A stretch of 29,600 bases of DNA, taken from IMG/VR virus record IMGVR_UViG_3300017913_000395, positions 1-29,600 of that record; one strand, given 5' to 3'. Shown one piece after another: positions 25,467-29,600 of this stretch. The position numbers and the translations under genes were made by a program. How positions within the stretch are numbered: the stretch's first letter is position 1; the number at the start of each line of letters is the position of its first letter. This stretch comes from a virus. Taxonomy: Duplodnaviria; Caudoviricetes. The notes under the pieces were generated by a model. The model worked only from the letters and a program-made list of their open reading frames with translations, did not search any database and was not told the DNA's origin.

Positions 25467-25615
25467 TGTGGATATTGATACGGGTTACACTTGCGGATGG
25501 TAGCACAGAATGGCAGGTGAGTGATGGCGTACCTGGGGACAGGTCAACTTCCTATGACTTCTCTTCTATCGAAGAGGCACTGGACTGTCTGCGGAGACTT
25601 ACGCATGGCCTATGA
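25463..25615 (+). CDS. Hypothetical early protein (50 aa)
   Basis: Not in ORF track. ATGA coupling, GAGGGG RBS; MMWILIRVTLADGSTEWQV...LTHGL. Confidence 0.65.
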   Translation: MMWILIRVTLADGSTEWQVSDGVPGDRSTSYDFSSIEEALDCLRRLTHGL

Positions 25616-25787
25616 AAATGCAATCAGACTGGGAACAGTTCCTAGTCGGCGTAGGTTCAGCAAGCCGCGAACTTACACACGGCGAATGCAACGGCTGATC
25701 AAGATGCACGAACGTGCGAGGCTTTTTCGTCATAGTGAGAATAAACAGTTGACACGTTATACAACAGAAGGGATAGTAGTGACATGA
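25605..25787 (+). CDS. Arg-rich hypothetical early protein
   Basis: Start moved to ATG 25605 (GGAG RBS): MAYENAIRLGTVPSRRRF. Confidence 0.55.
   Translation: MAYENAIRLGTVPSRRRFSKPRTYTRRMQRLIKMHERARLFRHSENKQLTRYTTEGIVVT
25627..25647. repeat. Early-region palindrome, copy 2
   Basis: GACTGGGAAC-A-GTTCCTAGTC. Confidence 0.85.
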
Positions 25788-25999
25788 CTATTGGAAGCAA
25801 AATGTTTGAGTTCACCATTCACATTGACGTGGTGGCTAACAGCGAGGCAGAGGCGCAGGAGCTTCTGCAGGACCAGCTGGATAACATGATCACAGCCAAC
25901 AAGCACAATGACAATTACGTGCTGGGCTATGGCGTGGAGCGTGACAAAACCCGTCACTGGGGAAGCACTGGACTAGGTGAGGTAGATGCAAATGACTAG
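25784..25999 (+). CDS. Hypothetical early protein
   Basis: ATGA coupling; V.A.SE.EA.E motif common in small phage proteins. Confidence 0.7.
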   Translation: MTIGSKMFEFTIHIDVVANSEAEAQELLQDQLDNMITANKHNDNYVLGYGVERDKTRHWGSTGLGEVDAND

Positions 26000-26264
26000 G
26001 TACAAATTTTCTGACATGGCGGTAGACCGCCTGATGAACACAGTTCAAATGAACTACACCATCAAGGCTCTCATCACAGAGGTGGAGATGCAGGGGGCTA
26101 TGCTGCGCTACATAGAGCAGGGGACTGTCTCTGACAGAACCTATGTGCATGGCCTTATTAATACGCTGGACAAGCGGTATGACAGAGCACTGAGTGCTGA
26201 CTCTATCTGTATGTCGATGGATAAGATGAGGGAAGTCGAGGTAAAGACAAGCTATGTCTCGTAG
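25986..26264 (+). CDS. Hypothetical early protein
   Basis: GAGG RBS; packs in the operon. Start could be 25992. Confidence 0.65.
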   Translation: MQMTRYKFSDMAVDRLMNTVQMNYTIKALITEVEMQGAMLRYIEQGTVSDRTYVHGLINTLDKRYDRALSADSICMSMDKMREVEVKTSYVS

Positions 26265-26276
26265 GTATGTGTACGC

Positions 26277-26324
26277 CGTATTCCCTGAAGTATCCCCCCT
26301 TTGGGGATACGAAGGGGATACTTC
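26277..26324 (+). promoter_or_regulatory. Long intergenic hairpin with duplicated arms
   Basis: CGTATTCCCT-GAA-GTATCCCC-CCTTT-GGGGATAC-GAA-GGGGATACTTC. Confidence 0.55.
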
Positions 26325-26343
26325 TGCCCCGACTGGTCAAACC

Positions 26344-26364
26344 GACTGGGAACAGTTCCTAGTC
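26344..26364. repeat. Early-region palindrome, copy 3
   Basis: GACTGGGAAC-A-GTTCCTAGTC, 3 nt before an AAGGAG RBS. Confidence 0.85.
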
Positions 26365-26380
26365 ACGAAGGAGATTAGAT

Positions 26381-26563
26381 ATGAGCGAAACACAGGATGA
26401 ACGCCTAGCAAGATGCGTGGTGGATGAAATACGTGAATGCTTTGAGCAGTATGCCTTATCCAACGTCACTCACATGATACTTGAGTTGCTAGAGAACGGC
26501 GTAGACAAAAGAAGAGTGCTGGCAGATTTTGTCAGACAAGGTTTGTATGATGGAGATGTATGA
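26381..26563 (+). CDS. Hypothetical acidic early protein
   Basis: AAGGAG RBS. Confidence 0.75.
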   Translation: MSETQDERLARCVVDEIRECFEQYALSNVTHMILELLENGVDKRRVLADFVRQGLYDGDV

Positions 26564-27375
26564 TGAATATGCAACGTAATACAATGCGTGGTGACATTCC
26601 ACAGATGACAGGCTGGCCTACTAAGCTGTTCTCTGTCAACGGTGACGCTAAGACCATCAAGGGTCTAAAGCACAAATACCTGACTATGGTGCACTACGGA
26701 GCACCTGCATGGGAGTCAGGCTATCAGACCTGCCCTGATGCATCAGATGGATGCAAGAACCATTGCCTGTTCAGCTCTGGTAGAGCCAGACAGTTCGCCG
26801 CAATCAAAGAGAGCCGCATCAACAAAACGCTGATGTTCTTCCAGCATCGTCCTGCATTCATGGCGATGATGTGCAAAGAGATTGACGCTGGCATTCGTAA
26901 GGCCAAGCGCGAGAACCTGACACTTTGCGTCAGACCTAACGGTACGACTGACATTACATTCGAGAAGACCAAAGCAGGTGTTAACCTGATGGGTACGTTC
27001 CCTGATGTTCAGTTCTACGACTACACCAAATCATACAAGCGTATGTGTCAGTTCCTGAATGGTGAAATGCCAGCGAACTATCACCTGACGTTCAGCCGCA
27101 CAGAGAACAACTGGGAGCGGTGCAAGGACGTACTGCTGCGTGGTGGTAATGTTGCTGTGGTGTTTGCTACCAAGAACACTGATGAGTTTCCAGATACATA
27201 CGAAGGCTTCCCTGTATACAACGGGGATGATTCAGACCTACGTTTCCTAGACCCAGAGGGTCACATAGGCAACATCATTGGTCTGACTGTGAAGGCTACT
27301 GACTTTGACCCAAAGGTCACTATAGACAGTATGCTTCTGAGCGGCATGGCTGTTCCATGCCATAGTGGAAAGTAA
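26560..27375 (+). CDS. GP88-like protein (putative Fe-S / radical-SAM-like fold)
   Basis: CP.AS.GC...CL..SGR cysteine motif, R.NGT.DI, FP.VQFYDYTK, NYHLTFS, NVAVVF, GD..DLRFLD. Confidence 0.7.
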   Translation: MMNMQRNTMRGDIPQMTGWPTKLFSVNGDAKTIKGLKHKYLTMVHYGAPAWESGYQTCPDASDGCKNHCLFSSGRARQFAAIKESRINKTLMFFQHRPAFMAMMCKEIDAGIRKAKRENLTLCVRPNGTTDITFEKTKAGVNLMGTFPDVQFYDYTKSYKRMCQFLNGEMPANYHLTFSRTENNWERCKDVLLRGGNVAVVFATKNTDEFPDTYEGFPVYNGDDSDLRFLDPEGHIGNIIGLTVKATDFDPKVTIDSMLLSGMAVPCHSGK

Positions 27376-27408
27376 CATTTGACTAAGCATAGAAGGAGTT
27401 AAACCGTC

Positions 27409-27870
27409 ATGAATGATATGACTATTCCACAGACTACCCTGAAAGCCCCTGAAAATTTAGATGAACTGCAGAAGATGCTCGACCACGTGGTGAGTTCGCT
27501 CACTGCCATTGGGCAGGAAGCATCTATGCTTCATCAGGAAGTGTCCTTACTGCAGGGCGTAGTAGAGCGTGAGCTGGAAGACGAACGTGCGTTTGAAGCC
27601 AAGATGGTAGACAACGCTGAGAAGCCACGCCGCGAATACAAGCTGACGAAGGCGGACTACGCATACATCGAACGGTTCGGTTCGGCATGGTTCAACACCA
27701 CTGTATTCAGAACACTGACAGGCAAATCAGACGGGGCGATGACTGGGTTCATCCACCGTGTCCGTCATGCTGAGAATAGCCAGTGGATTGTGAACTGCAA
27801 GAAAGCTGGTGGACGCAGAAAAATCTATCAAATCTTACCGAAGGGAGACGCATTACATGATGCAGCCTGA
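27409..27870 (+). CDS. Coiled-coil plus putative winged-helix DNA-binding protein
   Basis: AAGGAG RBS; heptad N-terminus; basic C-terminus ending GGRRKIY. Confidence 0.6.
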   Translation: MNDMTIPQTTLKAPENLDELQKMLDHVVSSLTAIGQEASMLHQEVSLLQGVVERELEDERAFEAKMVDNAEKPRREYKLTKADYAYIERFGSAWFNTTVFRTLTGKSDGAMTGFIHRVRHAENSQWIVNCKKAGGRRKIYQILPKGDALHDAA

Positions 27871-28033
27871 AGACATACGCCGGATCATTACGACAGCCGT
27901 GGAAAAGCTGGACAACCCGAAAGAGTGTCGTGACTACCTAAAGTCACAGCTCGCTGAGATTGACCAGCAGGACTTTGGCAACGGCACAAAGCCTATCGTC
28001 AACATGATAGCAAAGGTGCTGGGCAAGTTATGA
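27857..28033 (+). CDS. Hypothetical early protein
   Basis: Start moved to ATG 27857 (GGGAG RBS). Confidence 0.65.
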   Translation: MMQPEDIRRIITTAVEKLDNPKECRDYLKSQLAEIDQQDFGNGTKPIVNMIAKVLGKL

Positions 28034-28323
28034 CCAGCATCACACCACGTCCAGACGGGCAACGATGGCAGAAGGCAGAGCTGTACAGGGTTGCCTTGTA
28101 CAACAGCAGACTACCTGTCTGTGGCTGTCGCCTCGTCTGGGCAATCGTGGGGTGGAAATGGGTCTACGTTTGCACCCCCGTCACCAACATCAAATGGAAG
28201 ATGCGCCGTGCCGAATGGGATGGCGTAGAGCCTGAGCTTTTTGTCAGGCCACAGCAGACTGGGAACAGTTCCCAGTTAGAAGGAGCTGATGATGAAGGTC
28301 AGAGTATACTGGAATCTGCATAA
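28030..28323 (+). CDS. Trp-rich hypothetical early protein
   Basis: ATGA coupling with the upstream gene. Confidence 0.65.
   Translation: MTSITPRPDGQRWQKAELYRVALYNSRLPVCGCRLVWAIVGWKWVYVCTPVTNIKWKMRRAEWDGVEPELFVRPQQTGNSSQLEGADDEGQSILESA
28257..28277. repeat. Early-region palindrome, copy 4 (perfect 19-bp core)
   Basis: G-ACTGGGAAC-A-GTTCCCAGT-T, 2 nt before an AAGGAG RBS. Confidence 0.85.
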
Positions 28324-28669
28324 GAAGACATGGTCAATACAATGTTGCAAGACAAACAACGTAGTTGCCCATGCACAAACTGTACAGCTAGACAACGCCA
28401 AGTTCGTTGTCCGCAAAGCTGGTCAGCGCAAAGTACGTGAGACAGGACAGAAGAATGTCCATGCCTTCGCCGTAGGCGAGTTGCGTAACAACCGACCAGA
28501 CAAACCTATGCTGAAGCATCGCTTCTATCATGAGTGTGACCAGGTCACATACAACCCCCGCACAATGGACAACTTTGGGTACATCCATTCAGAAGACCCA
28601 GCGAATGCTGAGGACTATCACATTGGTATGTTCACTGTGAACGGCAAGCCGGAGGTATACGCAGTATGA
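28289..28669 (+). CDS. Conserved hypothetical phage protein
   Basis: V.VYWNLHK..WS...KNVHAF..G...VTYNP pattern, recalled from many phages; AAGGAG RBS. Confidence 0.8.
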   Translation: MMKVRVYWNLHKKTWSIQCCKTNNVVAHAQTVQLDNAKFVVRKAGQRKVRETGQKNVHAFAVGELRNNRPDKPMLKHRFYHECDQVTYNPRTMDNFGYIHSEDPANAEDYHIGMFTVNGKPEVYAV

Positions 28670-28929
28670 CTACATTGAAGATAACAGATTATGAGCTGGG
28701 CTTTCTCACAGCTACATCATACTACCTGTACGCTGACATATCCGATGCAGGATGGAATGGTGATGAGTGGATGGAAGTTACCTGTGATGGCAAGACCATA
28801 TATGACATGAACTTCTGGCAAGATGACGATGGTGCAGAGACACATTGCACCCTCTATGCAACCCGAAAAAAGGGCGAAGCGGAGATATTCCGTGAGACAG
28901 ATGGACTTAGCTACAGGAGATTATGGTGA
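28666..28929 (+). CDS. Acidic hypothetical early protein
   Basis: GGAGG RBS, ATGA coupling. Confidence 0.7.
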   Translation: MTTLKITDYELGFLTATSYYLYADISDAGWNGDEWMEVTCDGKTIYDMNFWQDDDGAETHCTLYATRKKGEAEIFRETDGLSYRRLW

Positions 28930-29144
28930 TGAGAAGCAACCACAAGCTACAAGTAAAAGCATACATAGAGAAGCAAATCACAGAGGTATATGTGATGGAC
29001 TGCACTGGAATGTCTGTAGATGAGATTGAAGAGCAGATGAACAATGCCTACGTAGAGGGCTTGCCTCAGTGGGAGTATATCGCTTCAGAGACTGACCATC
29101 ACGAGATTGATATGAAGCTGGAGATTGTCCGCAATGACGGATAG
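28923..29144 (+). CDS. Acidic hypothetical early protein
   Basis: AGGAG RBS; start 28923 or 28929. Confidence 0.7.
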   Translation: MVMRSNHKLQVKAYIEKQITEVYVMDCTGMSVDEIEEQMNNAYVEGLPQWEYIASETDHHEIDMKLEIVRNDG

Positions 29145-29157
29145 AGGAGAGTAAGTG

Positions 29158-29600
29158 ATGAATACAAAGATAGTACGTGTAGTTGCACACTACACAGAGA
29201 CACTGGATGTGTATGTAAAAGTACCGGCTCATGTCAGTGAAGAAGATGTTATGGAACACTACAAATCTGTCGGCGCAAACGGTGAGTTTGAACAGCAGGA
29301 TGCTAGCTGGGATTGGGATTATGCTGAAGAGGTGGATGAGGATGATCCACAGCAACCTGTTTGGCCTATGTTCACGCCGTTTCCTGGGCCTGAGTTCCCG
29401 TATGAAGAGATACGTGACACGAATGGTGATTACTTTCTCACCATAGAGGCAGCTAAGGCTGCGGGTCATGCATTCGATCACATATGGTCTGTCACCGTAG
29501 AAGATGACCATGATGATGAGACAGGGGATGACCTGATGTACTTCGGTTATGCCCACCCCGATCACTACGTTAACCGCATCGGCTTCATAGCTACGAAAGA
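29158..29600 (+). CDS. Acidic hypothetical early protein (3' end truncated by window)
   Basis: Not in ORF track. GAGGAG RBS, ATG 29158, open to window end: MNTKIVRVVAHYTETLDV...WDWDYAEEVDEDDP...HYVNRIGFIATK. Confidence 0.75.
   Translation, partial: MNTKIVRVVAHYTETLDVYVKVPAHVSEEDVMEHYKSVGANGEFEQQDASWDWDYAEEVDEDDPQQPVWPMFTPFPGPEFPYEEIRDTNGDYFLTIEAAKAAGHAFDHIWSVTVEDDHDDETGDDLMYFGYAHPDHYVNRIGFIATK

Larger units (their letters stand above)
1..29600. mobile_element. Tailed phage (podovirus-type) genome segment, HMO-2011-like organisation
   Basis: TerL, portal, scaffold, capsid, tail tube/nozzle, fibres and lysis genes in one minus-strand block; divergent early genes; no tape measure, sheath or host housekeeping genes. 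Family assignment is from recalled similarity of the capsid motif NFSPIIFSK..Q.AFRK..V..ITNNDYFGEI. Confidence 0.9.

Noticed and set aside
25749-25777. Plus-strand promoter TTGACA-17-GATAGT (also TTGACA at 23969 with CAGAAC)
   Set aside because: The -10 elements are too weak to list as features without transcript data.
24013-28277. Palindromes as a CRISPR array or LexA box
   Set aside because: Copies are 0.7-1.9 kb apart with genes between them; GAAC-N1-GTTC fits neither the GAAC-N4-GTTC nor the GTTC-N7-GTTC LexA spacing.
24173-29565. Minus-strand ORFs in the early arm and plus-strand 29231-29446
   Set aside because: They overlap tightly coupled plus-strand genes with good RBSs; 29158 to window end is the better frame.

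Overview
The window is a segment of a tailed-phage (podovirus-type) genome; no host genes were seen. The capsid, portal and terminase sequences and the gene order resemble, from memory, marine HMO-2011-type podoviruses of Alphaproteobacteria (SAR116/Roseobacter hosts); this needs a search to confirm. Positions 1-23479 are a late operon on the minus strand. In transcription order it holds small membrane and highly basic proteins, holin, GH24 endolysin, terS, a solo recombinase-like domain, terL, portal, a putative internal protein, scaffold, major capsid, tail tube/nozzle proteins, a large tail fibre and about 12 short fibre/adhesin-module genes. A ~680-bp non-coding divergence region (23480-24163), probably the joined genome ends, precedes a plus-strand early region of small hypothetical genes including a GP88-like Fe-S protein. 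Most notable observations: (1) a lysozyme paralogue lacking its catalytic Glu and Asp inside the fibre cluster; (2) a 4x2 'NNAC/CC' internal-loop RNA motif repeated five times in the scaffold and capsid leaders; (3) a 19-21 bp palindrome found four times, only in the early arm; (4) a shared [YMI][NAM]xGG[LSM] peptide tag in three late proteins.
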